Assembly: GCA_964508365.1 (NCBI GenBank)
Contig: CAZDTP010000001.1
Span: 99,700-163,699 of the forward strand
Direction of reading: 5' to 3'
Source: an uncultured archaeon
Lineage (GTDB): Archaea; Asgardarchaeota; Lokiarchaeia; Sigyniarchaeales; SOKP01
DNA: 64,000 nt
The position numbers were made by a program, and so were the translations under genes. Below the pieces are notes generated by a model. That model was not told the origin of the DNA. It ran no database searches and worked only from the letters and a program-made list of their open reading frames with translations. Each line of letters starts with the position of its first letter. Position 1 is the first letter of the stretch. Below are positions 23,551-33,686 of the stretch, piece after piece.

Positions 23551-24243
23551 ATGAGAAAAGAAGATTTAGTTAAACCTTCTGAATCGATTTTTATCCGAGA
23601 TTCTAAAATCAACGATAACAAATCATCTACGCAAGGAACCACTCAAACATTAAAAACGGGGACAACTACAGTAGGATTAGTATGCAAGGATGCTGTAATC
23701 TTAGGCACGGATAAGAGGGCTACAATGAGTTACTTTGTAGCGAGTAAAACATCTGAAAAATTGCATAAAATCCAAGAACATTTATATATGACTATTGCTG
23801 GAGGAGTAGCTGACGCTATGTATTTGGTCGATGTTCTCCGAGCTGAAACTGCATTGTACCAACTAAAAGAGGAAAATCCTATTAAGGTAAAAAGTGCTGG
23901 AAAACTATTAGCTAATATCCTCTATCAAAATAAAATGTATCCTTTTGAAGTAGGTCTCATTTTAGGAGGAGTGACTGAAGATGAAGGGCCAGTACTTCTA
24001 AATCTTGGAGCATATGGTTCTATTTTGCCTGAAAAATTCTGTGCTGTAGGTAGTGGTCAAAATTTCTCTTATGGTGTACTCGAAGCCAAGTATAAAGATG
24101 GTTTATCGATTACTGCCGGAAAAGAAATAATTATAAAAGCAGTCACTTCAAGTATCATAAGAGATATGGCTTCAGGGAATGGAATAGACATCGCAATCAT
24201 CAAAAAAGACGGTCCTGCAGAACGAGATTTTATTTCCATATAA
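23551..24243 (+). CDS. psmB: Proteasome beta subunit (archaeal), with propeptide
   Basis: KTG|TTTVG autocleavage site, DKRAT, AGGVAD, GSG and RDMASG motifs. Confidence 0.95.
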   Translation: MRKEDLVKPSESIFIRDSKINDNKSSTQGTTQTLKTGTTTVGLVCKDAVILGTDKRATMSYFVASKTSEKLHKIQEHLYMTIAGGVADAMYLVDVLRAETALYQLKEENPIKVKSAGKLLANILYQNKMYPFEVGLILGGVTEDEGPVLLNLGAYGSILPEKFCAVGSGQNFSYGVLEAKYKDGLSITAGKEIIIKAVTSSIIRDMASGNGIDIAIIKKDGPAERDFISI

Positions 24244-24681
24244 TCAAATGTTTCCATATTTCTAATTCTAACTTTCCACTCCTCTTTAAATTTGATTATA
24301 AGGCATAAAAATCCTCTTATTATTATATAAACACATATACAAATGGATTTAGGGATAGAGCTTATATGATGTAATTCTTGGATTCTGATGCTGAATAAAT
24401 CATTCAAATTCCTTTAAATTTGATTCACAGAAAATTTAAATAGAGAAGAAGCATACGAAAATAAATGTGCTTTATTTTTTAGATCCTTTATATTTTCTCC
24501 TCTAAATATTTAAACTTTGCGTTAGCAGTATTACGATTTAGAAACCTTTAATAATAATACCATATCTTTAAAAATAAAAATTATATTATTTTAGATAGTA
24601 GAATTTACACTTAGAACAAATTAGAATTTACTTTTCTATAAAGAAATAATACCTACAAAGTAGCCTTAGAGTCGCGTTAAA

Positions 24682-25410
24682 ATGCCTTATAGTATCATAG
24701 TGGATTTATCTCATCGAGAAGAAATAGAGGAATTTCCCGATTTTTCTTTGGGTGATGATGAGTATGAGGTCGAATACATAGACAAGAATGAAGGTCCTAT
24801 TGATTACGATTTACTTGAAGATTATGATGTTTTATTTATAGGAAATATTCAACAAACTATGGATGGCAAAGAGGATAAATTCACTAAAGACGAATTATTA
24901 GCAATTAAGCGATATGTCGGAGAAGGCGGGGGACTTTTTTTAACTACTGGAGAAGGAGGAGATCGCGATGTTCCAATGAAGATGGGGTCTATCAGAGTAT
25001 TATATAAAATGACTGGAGTGCGAAGATTTTGGAATGGAATTATACAAGAGTCACCATCACATTTTTTAGTAAATAAACAAAATGTGTTAATAAATGACCT
25101 GTTTGTCCATCCGATTACTGCTGGTATAACTGAAGTCGTCCTCCCTAACTGCACATTTTTTACGATAACTGAAGAAGATGTTGAAGATATAATAGTGACT
25201 TCAGAAAAAGCAGAATTTAAATATCTCGTTGACAATGAAATGGGAAGTATTGGTACTGTTCCTATTTGTGTCGTTAGCGAGTTTTTCAGTGGAAGATGTG
25301 TAACTATTGGTTCATCTGATTGGCTTATTGAAGATGATTTTGGATTAGACGCAGGAGATAATATACCATTTCTATCTAACATTATTAAATGGCTCAGTTT
25401 TGAGATCTAG
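24682..25410 (+). CDS. Stand-alone GIFT / class I GATase-like domain protein resembling the IFT52 N-terminus
   Basis: KFTKDELLAIKRYVGEGGGLFLTTGEGGD and C-terminal GRCVTIGSSDW...DNIPFLSNIIKWL. Confidence 0.6.
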   Translation: MPYSIIVDLSHREEIEEFPDFSLGDDEYEVEYIDKNEGPIDYDLLEDYDVLFIGNIQQTMDGKEDKFTKDELLAIKRYVGEGGGLFLTTGEGGDRDVPMKMGSIRVLYKMTGVRRFWNGIIQESPSHFLVNKQNVLINDLFVHPITAGITEVVLPNCTFFTITEEDVEDIIVTSEKAEFKYLVDNEMGSIGTVPICVVSEFFSGRCVTIGSSDWLIEDDFGLDAGDNIPFLSNIIKWLSFEI

Positions 25411-25472
25411 CGTAATTCTCCTTATTTTTATACAACTAAACATAATCAAAACAAAAAAGAGCGAAAACCAAA

Positions 25473-26585
25473 ATGGTTTTTAGGTTTCTTAGACCTGATT
25501 CAGAGACGGTCTGGAAAAATGAAATAATTCGAAAACGCTTTGCCAGATATAGAAGTATCATTGATGATAAAGAAATTGCACGGTACATAATCGCAAAAAG
25601 TATAGAATGTGATTTTGATACTAATGATTCAATTAAAAACTTAGAGAATTTGTTAATAGAAAAATCTAAGGAACTTAATCTCTTACTGAATAAATCCACC
25701 GAAATTTTCGAAACCCGCCAAGTTTACGATAAGAATTACATTAGTTTGGTTGAAAATCTAGCATATAAATATCTCGAAAATTGCTGTTTTTGCGAAAGAC
25801 GATGCCAAGTTAATCGAGTTGACGGTGAAACTGGTTTTTGCTATATACCTAAGGATTCTTATGTATCTTCTGCTTTTCTTCATACGGGGGAGGAAGCTCC
25901 ACTAATACCTAGTGGTACAATTTTTTTCCAAGGATGTAATTTTAGTTGTGTTTTCTGCCAAAATTACGATATATCTCAGTCATGGAAAAACAGGAAAAAA
26001 ATTGACGATATAGCTCGAAAAACTGATTCTATTCAACTTGCTAATCTTGCTGATAGATTAGTCGAGAAAGGTGCGATAAATATCAACTATGTTGGAGGCG
26101 ATCCTATTCCGAATATTCATACAATTTTGGGAAGTCTTCAGCATCAAACTTCAAACATCACGCAACTCTGGAATTCTAATTTTTACTTAACGGAAGAATC
26201 TCTATCTTTACTCGTTGACTTAATGGATTTTTGGTTACCTGATTTTAAATACGGCAATAATAACTGTGCTGAAAAATATTCTGGAATTACAAGATACTAT
26301 GATGTAATAACTCGCAATTTGAAAAGAATTCACAACGCTGGAAGCGGAGAAATAATAATCCGACACTTAATTATGCCTAATCACATAGAATGTTGCTCTA
26401 AACCAATTTTAGATTTTATTGCGAAAGAAGTACCGATGTGTGTTGTTAACATTATGCAGCAATTCAGACCCGAATATTTATCACACAAATATCAAGAAAT
26501 AAATAGAAGACCCTCAATAGGAGAAATTCATGAAGTGAAAAATTATGCCGACGATTTAGGAATCTTGTACGAGCCCGTCTCTTAG
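25473..26585 (+). CDS. pflX: Radical SAM protein, PflX family
   Basis: CCFCERRC, HTGEE, GTIFFQGCNFSCVFCQN (CxxxCxxC), DFKYG and IRHLIMP motifs. Confidence 0.88.
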   Translation: MVFRFLRPDSETVWKNEIIRKRFARYRSIIDDKEIARYIIAKSIECDFDTNDSIKNLENLLIEKSKELNLLLNKSTEIFETRQVYDKNYISLVENLAYKYLENCCFCERRCQVNRVDGETGFCYIPKDSYVSSAFLHTGEEAPLIPSGTIFFQGCNFSCVFCQNYDISQSWKNRKKIDDIARKTDSIQLANLADRLVEKGAININYVGGDPIPNIHTILGSLQHQTSNITQLWNSNFYLTEESLSLLVDLMDFWLPDFKYGNNNCAEKYSGITRYYDVITRNLKRIHNAGSGEIIIRHLIMPNHIECCSKPILDFIAKEVPMCVVNIMQQFRPEYLSHKYQEINRRPSIGEIHEVKNYADDLGILYEPVS

Positions 26586-26655
26586 TTTTAGAAAAAATAA
26601 TAAGTAATGATAAATTCTTAAATCCTACTAATAACAATTTAACTAATTATACTTA

Positions 26656-27789
26656 GTGGTATTTTCGATGAATTTAGAAGATGTGAAAGGCGTAAGTAAA
26701 AAACAAGATGTACTGATTGAAGCGGGTATTGATTCCGTTGAGAAGTTAGCAAACGCGAGTGTGGAAGATTTAACGCAATTAAAAGGCATTGGAAAAGCTA
26801 CAGCTGAAAAATTCGTAAGTAGCGCTAAAGAATTATTAAGTGAACCAAAAGAGGCTACCATAGAAAGTGGTGAACCAGTTCTTGATCAACCCTCCGAGGA
26901 ATTAGAGAAAGCAAAAAAGGAGGAAGAAGAAGCTAAAAAACTCAAAGAGAAGAAAACGAAGTTGGAAGGCAAAAAGGTAGAAGAAGGCGATTTCGTTTTA
27001 CTTAAGATGACAGCAAGAACGCAAAAAGGAAAGATTTTTAGAGTATCTTCTGAAGAAGATGCTAAAACAGCAGGAATTTACGAGGAAGAAAAGGCTAATC
27101 AAGGATATTACACTCCAGAATTTGTAATTGTTGGAAAACCAGGATTTTTAAATGAAGGTTTAACTGAAACTTTAAAAGAAATGAATTACTTTCAAAAAAA
27201 ATCTGTAAAAATTCCTTCTACTAAAGCCTTTGGTAAAAGAGATCCTCAAAAAATTGAAAGAATTGGCATAGCTAAATTTAGAAAATTAAACGATGGAAAA
27301 AACCCTGAATACGGTAAAGACTTTACAAATAAAAAGGGACAGAGAGGAGTTATTACGAATATTCTTCAAGGTAAAGTAATTATTGATTACAATCATCCTC
27401 TAGCAGGACAATCAATAGATTATAACCTTGAAATAGTAGATAAGATCGAATCATTTAACGAAAAAATCGAATATTTTATGATTTCAAAGGGAATTCCCCA
27501 GGAAAGCGCCTCTGAATTCATCGTAAATCACTTGGAGGACAAAACTCTAGAAATTACCGTTCCTAAAATGTTCCTGTTCCAAAACCTTACATATCTTAAA
27601 TTCGGTTTAGCTATGGATTTACAGACTCATATGGGTGATGAAATTGAAGATGTCAAGTTCATTGAAGTATATGAGAAAATGCCAGCGCCACCGACACCAG
27701 CTGAATCCGTTATGCAAAAGGTAGACGAGTACAATAAAGAGCATGATCACAACCACGACCATGTCCACGATACAGAAGAAAGTGAATAA
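26656..27789 (+). CDS. Long-type archaeal FKBP peptidyl-prolyl isomerase with N-terminal helix-hairpin-helix domain and His/Asp-rich tail
   Basis: LKGIGKATAEK HhH; AFGKRDP and DYNHPLAG FKBP/SlyD motifs; HDHNHDHVHD tail. Confidence 0.85.
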   Translation: MVFSMNLEDVKGVSKKQDVLIEAGIDSVEKLANASVEDLTQLKGIGKATAEKFVSSAKELLSEPKEATIESGEPVLDQPSEELEKAKKEEEEAKKLKEKKTKLEGKKVEEGDFVLLKMTARTQKGKIFRVSSEEDAKTAGIYEEEKANQGYYTPEFVIVGKPGFLNEGLTETLKEMNYFQKKSVKIPSTKAFGKRDPQKIERIGIAKFRKLNDGKNPEYGKDFTNKKGQRGVITNILQGKVIIDYNHPLAGQSIDYNLEIVDKIESFNEKIEYFMISKGIPQESASEFIVNHLEDKTLEITVPKMFLFQNLTYLKFGLAMDLQTHMGDEIEDVKFIEVYEKMPAPPTPAESVMQKVDEYNKEHDHNHDHVHDTEESE

Positions 27790-27821
27790 TGATCACTATT
27801 TTTTTATAAATCAAGATTATT

Positions 27822-28604
27822 CTATTTCCTTTTTTCTAGATATTTTTTGATAATTAAATCACATATTTTCGAAGCAGGATCCGTATCACATTTCCAATTA
27901 GAGAATTCCGGAAAAGTGCCAGCATCTACTACATATAATTTATTTGTGTTAGTTTCTCTAACTAGATCAAGATGTCCAAATAACAGATTATATTTTTCCT
28001 TCCATTTTATAAGATATTTTTCTATTTCTTTATCGGATTCGATTAATTTAGTAGCTTGATGTTCATTTGCGAGAGGTATTTTTTCACATATACAGATTTC
28101 ATTTTCTATAAAATAAGCTAAGTAGTGAGTCCCTTTGATAAAATTTTCGAGATAGAGATAGTTTTCATTTAGAGTATCAAAATCTTGAAAAGAATTATAT
28201 ACTTTGACACCTTTACTTCCAGAACCAAAAATATGCTTTGAAATAAGAGGAAAACTTGACTCTGTAAGTTGACTTTTAAGAGTTTTAAGGGTGCCCATAA
28301 AAATCTTTGGACATAACAACCCTAAGTTTTCCATAGAAAAATGCGATTCAACACGATCTTTATGGACATAACTGATATTAGTATTTGGAATGACGGGGAT
28401 CATATTAGCTTCTAAAAAATAACCCGCATAAAGATAAAATAAGTTCTTAGATTTCAATATATAAAAATCCTTATTAAGTAACATTTCATTGACAATCAAA
28501 TCATTTAGCGTAAAAATTTTTGCTCTATGCCCACTACTTTCAAAGCATTTTTGAATTTCCTTAATGAATTTGCCTTTCTTTTTAGATAATATTCCAATAT
28601 TCAT
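27822..28604 (-). CDS. ATP-grasp protein, ITPK1/RimK-like, degenerate metal motif
   Basis: LISKHIFGSGSKGV, LENFIKG, HLDLV; VDAGTFPEF in place of D-x-N-x-x-P. Confidence 0.7.
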   Translation of the reverse strand: MNIGILSKKKGKFIKEIQKCFESSGHRAKIFTLNDLIVNEMLLNKDFYILKSKNLFYLYAGYFLEANMIPVIPNTNISYVHKDRVESHFSMENLGLLCPKIFMGTLKTLKSQLTESSFPLISKHIFGSGSKGVKVYNSFQDFDTLNENYLYLENFIKGTHYLAYFIENEICICEKIPLANEHQATKLIESDKEIEKYLIKWKEKYNLLFGHLDLVRETNTNKLYVVDAGTFPEFSNWKCDTDPASKICDLIIKKYLEKRK

Positions 28605-28618
28605 AGTTACTCTTATTC

Positions 28619-29437
28619 TTATTTTTTAGCTTGTTTGATTAAATAATCTCCTATAATTTTAGGACCGTTTTTTATGTAATTAAAATTGGGGGATGAATTT
28701 ATATCAGTCAAGAAAAATTTTCCATCTTTTGATTTTAAGAAATCCATTGAACTTAATTTTAATCCCAATGCTTCAGTAGCATTATAAGCTATTTCTGTTA
28801 ATTCGGGAATTTTCTCTATTTTTATTCTAGATTTCATTTTATCAGGATTTATTAAAACTGGTAATTGTCTGAAATAAAAAATGTCTTCACCAATTAGATA
28901 TACTTTATATTCCCATTTACTCTTTATAAAATCTTGAAAATACAAATGTGTGTATTTTGGGTAATTTCCGCTTGATTCATCAATAGCACGAATATCCACT
29001 ACTCTTAAATATCCCTCTTTTTTCTGAATTTGAGGATTAAATACATAATTTTCTTTGTCTATAATATTTTTGATTATGTATTCATTGAATGGAGGTGATT
29101 GTCCTACTGGATTAAGCGAAAAATTAGGAACTTGAATACCGGCTTTTCTTAAAACAATGCTATTTAAAAATCTATTGAAAGCAAGAGAAATACTCCTTGA
29201 AGAATTAATCACAGGAATGGTAGTCTTTTTCTCAATTAATTTCACTAAACTTAAAACTAGGTCTCCTTTTGCCTTCACAAAAAAAATATCTTCATCAAAA
29301 TTATAATTCGAGAAATCTATCATATAGTCTTCTTCGAGGTATATTGAAACATCTGCTTTAGTGTTAGCATATTTTAAGAATTGAATCGATTTTTTTTCTA
29401 AATGGTAACTATCCGTTATTAATCCTATTTTTATCAA
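28619..29437 (-). CDS. ATP-grasp protein, ITPK1-like inositol phosphate kinase candidate
   Basis: FQDFI..EYKVYLIGE, SMDFL and TDINSSPNF motifs. Confidence 0.7.
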   Translation of the reverse strand: MIKIGLITDSYHLEKKSIQFLKYANTKADVSIYLEEDYMIDFSNYNFDEDIFFVKAKGDLVLSLVKLIEKKTTIPVINSSRSISLAFNRFLNSIVLRKAGIQVPNFSLNPVGQSPPFNEYIIKNIIDKENYVFNPQIQKKEGYLRVVDIRAIDESSGNYPKYTHLYFQDFIKSKWEYKVYLIGEDIFYFRQLPVLINPDKMKSRIKIEKIPELTEIAYNATEALGLKLSSMDFLKSKDGKFFLTDINSSPNFNYIKNGPKIIGDYLIKQAKK

Positions 29438-29781
29438 ATAACCTACCCTAACTCAACGCAATCAATGAAAATAAAATCATCTACTTATGAATAGTATAAA
29501 ACTATGTTATTTTAAAGTATATAATAAAAAACAGAAATTAATTTAAATTCTCCTTGTTCTGTCTCTGTTTTTGGATTTCTTGTAAGATTTTTCCCTTATT
29601 TTTCGTTTAAGTTTCTATTTTTATAATCTAATATTCAAATAACATTAGTGATTTTATTATGAATTTAAGATACTTTTATGTTAACTTCCTTTGAATATAG
29701 AAGTTTTACTCGAACGTACTTTTCAATACATTTATATATTTTAATTTGTTTTTAAGAAATCAAATTGAAAGGGTTTTTTAA

Positions 29782-30693
29782 ATGGCGAATACTATAAAAA
29801 GAAAATATATTGGAGCCATTTGTAATAGAGATCTTGAAGTTTTAGAAAGCATCAAGAAGTTCTTAATTAAAAATTATAATATCACGATAGTTAATTTAAT
29901 GAAAAACGGATTAGAGTCCTTTAATACTAAATATCTAGAAAAGCGCTTAAAGAAATATCCGATTTCGTTTTTGATTATAAAACTTACAACTCAAGAGTTA
30001 AATGAAAAAATCTATCGAATTGTTAAAAAAACTTGTCCTGAAATACCTATTCTTAACGCGCTAGAATCCGTTCAAATATGTGAGAGCAGGCAAAACTCTT
30101 TTAATTTTATTAAACAAAATTCTAAAAAACTTCTAACACCACGCTCTTTTTCAACCAAATTAGAAGCAATTCATATTTCTCAAAAAGGTACACCAATTAT
30201 AGTAAAACTAAATTCTCATAACATTCCAGATTTGCCTAAGAACGATAGAATAATCGGTATCGCTAAAAATTATAGAGAATTACTTGAATTGACAAAAATC
30301 TATAATGAGAAAGAATTATTTTTCCAAGAATATTTAGGTGAACATGATATTCTCTATAAAATTTATGTAATAGGTAATTGGGTTGTTTCAATAACCTCGC
30401 ATAATCGTTTGCAGCAAATTAATCAATTATCTCCTCTAGAACTCCTCCATATTAGGATTCCAGTTGAAGAATCATTAAAGAAGAGGATTATTCGATTAGG
30501 TCGAAAGTTTGGTATGTCCGTCTTCGGAGTAGACTATATAATGACCGAGAAGGGACCTTACATTGTGGATATTAACGATTTTCCTAGCTTTAAGAGCGTA
30601 CCAGAAGGAGTAAGTTTAATTTCAGATCATATTTACAACGTAATAAATATGAGAGAAATGTATCAAAATGCATATGTTAAAGTAAAAAGCTAA
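29782..30693 (+). CDS. ATP-grasp protein, ITPK1-like inositol phosphate kinase candidate
   Basis: FQEYL...LYKIYVIG, FGVDYI and VDINDFPSF motifs. Confidence 0.75.
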   Translation: MANTIKRKYIGAICNRDLEVLESIKKFLIKNYNITIVNLMKNGLESFNTKYLEKRLKKYPISFLIIKLTTQELNEKIYRIVKKTCPEIPILNALESVQICESRQNSFNFIKQNSKKLLTPRSFSTKLEAIHISQKGTPIIVKLNSHNIPDLPKNDRIIGIAKNYRELLELTKIYNEKELFFQEYLGEHDILYKIYVIGNWVVSITSHNRLQQINQLSPLELLHIRIPVEESLKKRIIRLGRKFGMSVFGVDYIMTEKGPYIVDINDFPSFKSVPEGVSLISDHIYNVINMREMYQNAYVKVKS

Positions 30694-30726
30694 AATTCCA
30701 AATATATTAAATTTCGAGTATTTTTT

Positions 30727-31830
30727 TTATCGTTCTCTTCTATTTTCTAAAAATTCTATAAGCCGTTTTTTTGCAACATAATCATCTAATTGTTCTGGAG
30801 GGTGTTTATTAAAGAAGGAGCAAGCTGATTGCAAAATCCCTCCTATTTTGCGATCTTTAGCAATTTTTGAAACTCTAATACAATCAGCTATAATTCCTGC
30901 TGAATTATTACCATCCTCTACAAACATGGTAACATCAATTCGCACAGGAGCGCCACCAAAAATTCTCCCTTCTAATCTCATATAAGCCTCCTTTTGATTC
31001 TTTAAAAATGGGATATAATCTACAGCGGATATTCGAAATTCCAAATCATCCTTATTTGGTAGATTTGCTATTACTGCTTCAGTTTTAGATTGGCGTTTTC
31101 CTTTCTCATATATTAATTCACCATTAGATTGAGGGGTTAACAAATTGCAGAAATCCGATGATCCTCCCCAATCAAGCTGTATAGTCCTATCAAGAATTGC
31201 GCCCCGCATCGGAAAGAGATTTGCTAGCGATCGATGTATTATAGTCGCTCCTATTTGAGATTTAACATCGTCACCGATCAATGAAAGTTCTAATTTTTGA
31301 GCTTTTTCAACAATTTCTGAATCTTTAACTACATGTGAAGGCATACCATTAACCACACAAGCTCCAGCATCAAGGCTGGCAATAGCGTAGTATTTAACCG
31401 CTTCATGGCAGCCAGTTGGGAGCAAAATAACAGCAATATCAACATCCCGTTTTCTAAATTCTTCTACGATGTCTACGGGTTTTTGATTATCGTCTACAGG
31501 TATAATATCTTTAATATTACTCGTTAAACCATCTAAGATTGGACCTTTTAGGACAGGAGCATCTAAAAATCCCGGCTCAAATATTTTCATATTACAATTG
31601 GGTTCCATAAAAATAGCTTCACTTAAATCTCTGCCAATTTTATTAACATTAACATCAATACCAAGGACAAAATTTATATCTTCTACTCCATATTGAGTAA
31701 TTTCTGGTAATAAACCTATGATTTTATCTGGATTTTTCTTGTAATTCTCGACACCCGCAACTAATGCGCTTGCAACATCACCTACTCCGATAATTGCGAC
31801 TTTTATATCCCTTTTGGTCATTTTATTCAA
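30727..31830 (-). CDS. ino1: myo-Inositol-1-phosphate synthase (short prokaryotic type)
   Basis: GVGDVAS Rossmann, GDDVKSQIGATIIHR, SKT, D..NSAG and KHPP motifs. Confidence 0.92.
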   Translation of the reverse strand: MNKMTKRDIKVAIIGVGDVASALVAGVENYKKNPDKIIGLLPEITQYGVEDINFVLGIDVNVNKIGRDLSEAIFMEPNCNMKIFEPGFLDAPVLKGPILDGLTSNIKDIIPVDDNQKPVDIVEEFRKRDVDIAVILLPTGCHEAVKYYAIASLDAGACVVNGMPSHVVKDSEIVEKAQKLELSLIGDDVKSQIGATIIHRSLANLFPMRGAILDRTIQLDWGGSSDFCNLLTPQSNGELIYEKGKRQSKTEAVIANLPNKDDLEFRISAVDYIPFLKNQKEAYMRLEGRIFGGAPVRIDVTMFVEDGNNSAGIIADCIRVSKIAKDRKIGGILQSACSFFNKHPPEQLDDYVAKKRLIEFLENRRER

Positions 31831-31966
31831 CTTATTACTAAATTTTTAGTGTTCGCCGTTATAGTATCTATATTAATATTAAAAATTATCTAATTGAAGA
31901 TATCAATATTTTATATTTTTTATTATTTAATATCTCAATCCTATATTACAAACATTAGTAAAAATA

Positions 31967-32277
31967 ATGGACACAGAAGAAAAGAAAATTTACTTCGTTC
32001 TTTCTCCTCACATAAATTATTATCACTCTTATAGAAGTGATTCAAAAGGTGAAACTGGTTTTGGCAAGGATCTCGAGATGATGAGTGCAATTATCAACGA
32101 ATTATATAAAATAGAAGATAGGGGACTAGGCACAGTGCGTATAGGCAGGGATTATGGAGATACTTTCTTTTCTATTCAATTACAAAAAGAATACCATTAG
32201 AACAAGCTGGGGATGCTTTCAAATACTATGATCGCGAGATGTGGATAAAAATTATTGTAGAACAACAAAAGAAGTAG
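31967..32277 (+). pseudogene. Remnant of a larger glycoside hydrolase/deacetylase-like gene (N-terminus plus a probable C-terminal scrap)
   Basis: 77-aa ORF with HINYYHSYRSD motif stops at 32200; another frame continues PLEQAGDAFKYYDREMWIKIIVEQQKK* to 32277. Confidence 0.5.
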
Positions 32278-32304
32278 AAAAAAGAAAAAAGAGTATAATT
32301 TTAT

Positions 32305-33572
32305 TTATAAATTTACAGTTTCTTTTACTCTCAAAAATAGTGGAATCGAGGCTAGAAAAAAGATAGGAGCGAGTACGAATATCCAAGGACGGCCAAAAAA
32401 TGTAGCAACTATGCCTGCTGCGATAGAACCTATAATCTGAGATGCTGTGTTAACAATATTAAATATTCCTGTAAATTTTCCACGTTTATCCTCTGGTAAC
32501 AAATCCTGAGACCACGCATTCAATGGAGTTACTAATGCTAATACCCCTACTAATACGAATGGCAAACCAATCATAAATAGGATGTAATTACCTGAAGCAA
32601 ATGGCATTATAAAAAATCCTATGCTTACTATAAATATAGATATAGGTACGAATCTTTTTCGTCCAAATTTATCTGACAATCCTCCTAAATAATTGGTTGC
32701 GAGGAATAGAAATGGAAATGCGATAGCGATCCCTAATAAGAGTTGTAGAGTTGTGAGCCCTTGATCGAAGATGAAAATAAATAAAACGTCATAACCGAAG
32801 CAATACCTGATTGGAATATGAGAAATGCAATAAGAATTTTAAAGAATTCCTTTTGGGGTTTCAACTCTGTATAATTAAAAGTCTTCTTTAGCTCTGTAAA
32901 GAACTTTTTCTTCTCGGGAAGCTCAGAAACAGGTTTTTCTTCTATAAAGAAAAATCCTATAACTCCAACTGAAGCAAAAAGAAGTCCACCTATATACAAT
33001 AATAATATGTGCCCTTCCTGCGTAATAATCGTTCCATCAGCACCTGGGCGAGGATCAGGTATTCCAAATAATTCATTTCCTAGTAATAGGAATGCTACAC
33101 CAATTAATAGCCCAATGTAGCTAATTGAATTAATGATACCATTTGCTCGCCCCCTTTTTTCAACTTCGACTGTATCTGGAATAAGAGCTCTTTCAGCTAC
33201 GAGAAATGCATTTGAAGCAATGCCGATAATAAAAACATCAATTATTAAGCACAATCTATAATCCAATGACAATCCAAAAAACATCATAGCAATCCCGGCT
33301 ATGATTCCCAAAAGTAAATACGGCCGTCTACGACCAAATTTAGTCCTCGTATTATCGCTTAAAATCCCCCATACAAACATTGCTATGAGACCCATTGTCG
33401 CCGATAATGAAACCATAACCGAGATATATAGCTCGGGTAAAAAAAGTACGTGATCTATGAATGTATTGAAATAATTTTGTTCAAAAAAGAAGAAAAGGTA
33501 ATCTCCCATATAGAGCAATCCAATTAATAACACTTGTCTTCGAATAAATTTACTAAACGCTTTTTCTCTCAA
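32305..33572 (-). pseudogene. MFS sugar transporter split by a 1-nt frameshift
   Basis: Adding one T to the T4 run (plus-strand A4 at 32783-32786) joins the 279-aa and 124-aa ORFs through TFLFIFIFDQGLTTLQLLLGIAIAFPFLFLATNYLGGLSDKFGRK; SDNTRTKFGRRRP motif in N-half. Confidence 0.8.
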
Positions 33573-33686
33573 ATTAATATCTCCATTTTTTTTAAAGAAG
33601 TTATTATTTTTCTAAAATATTCAATAGATAAAGAAAGTATGCATTGAGGGAAAATTTAAGAATATTATGCGCTTCTTTATTTTTAA

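Noticed and set aside
24069-24407. 112-aa minus-strand ORF partly in the psmB-GIFT spacer
   Set aside because: Half of it is antisense to psmB and the rest is low-complexity AT-rich sequence; no support for coding
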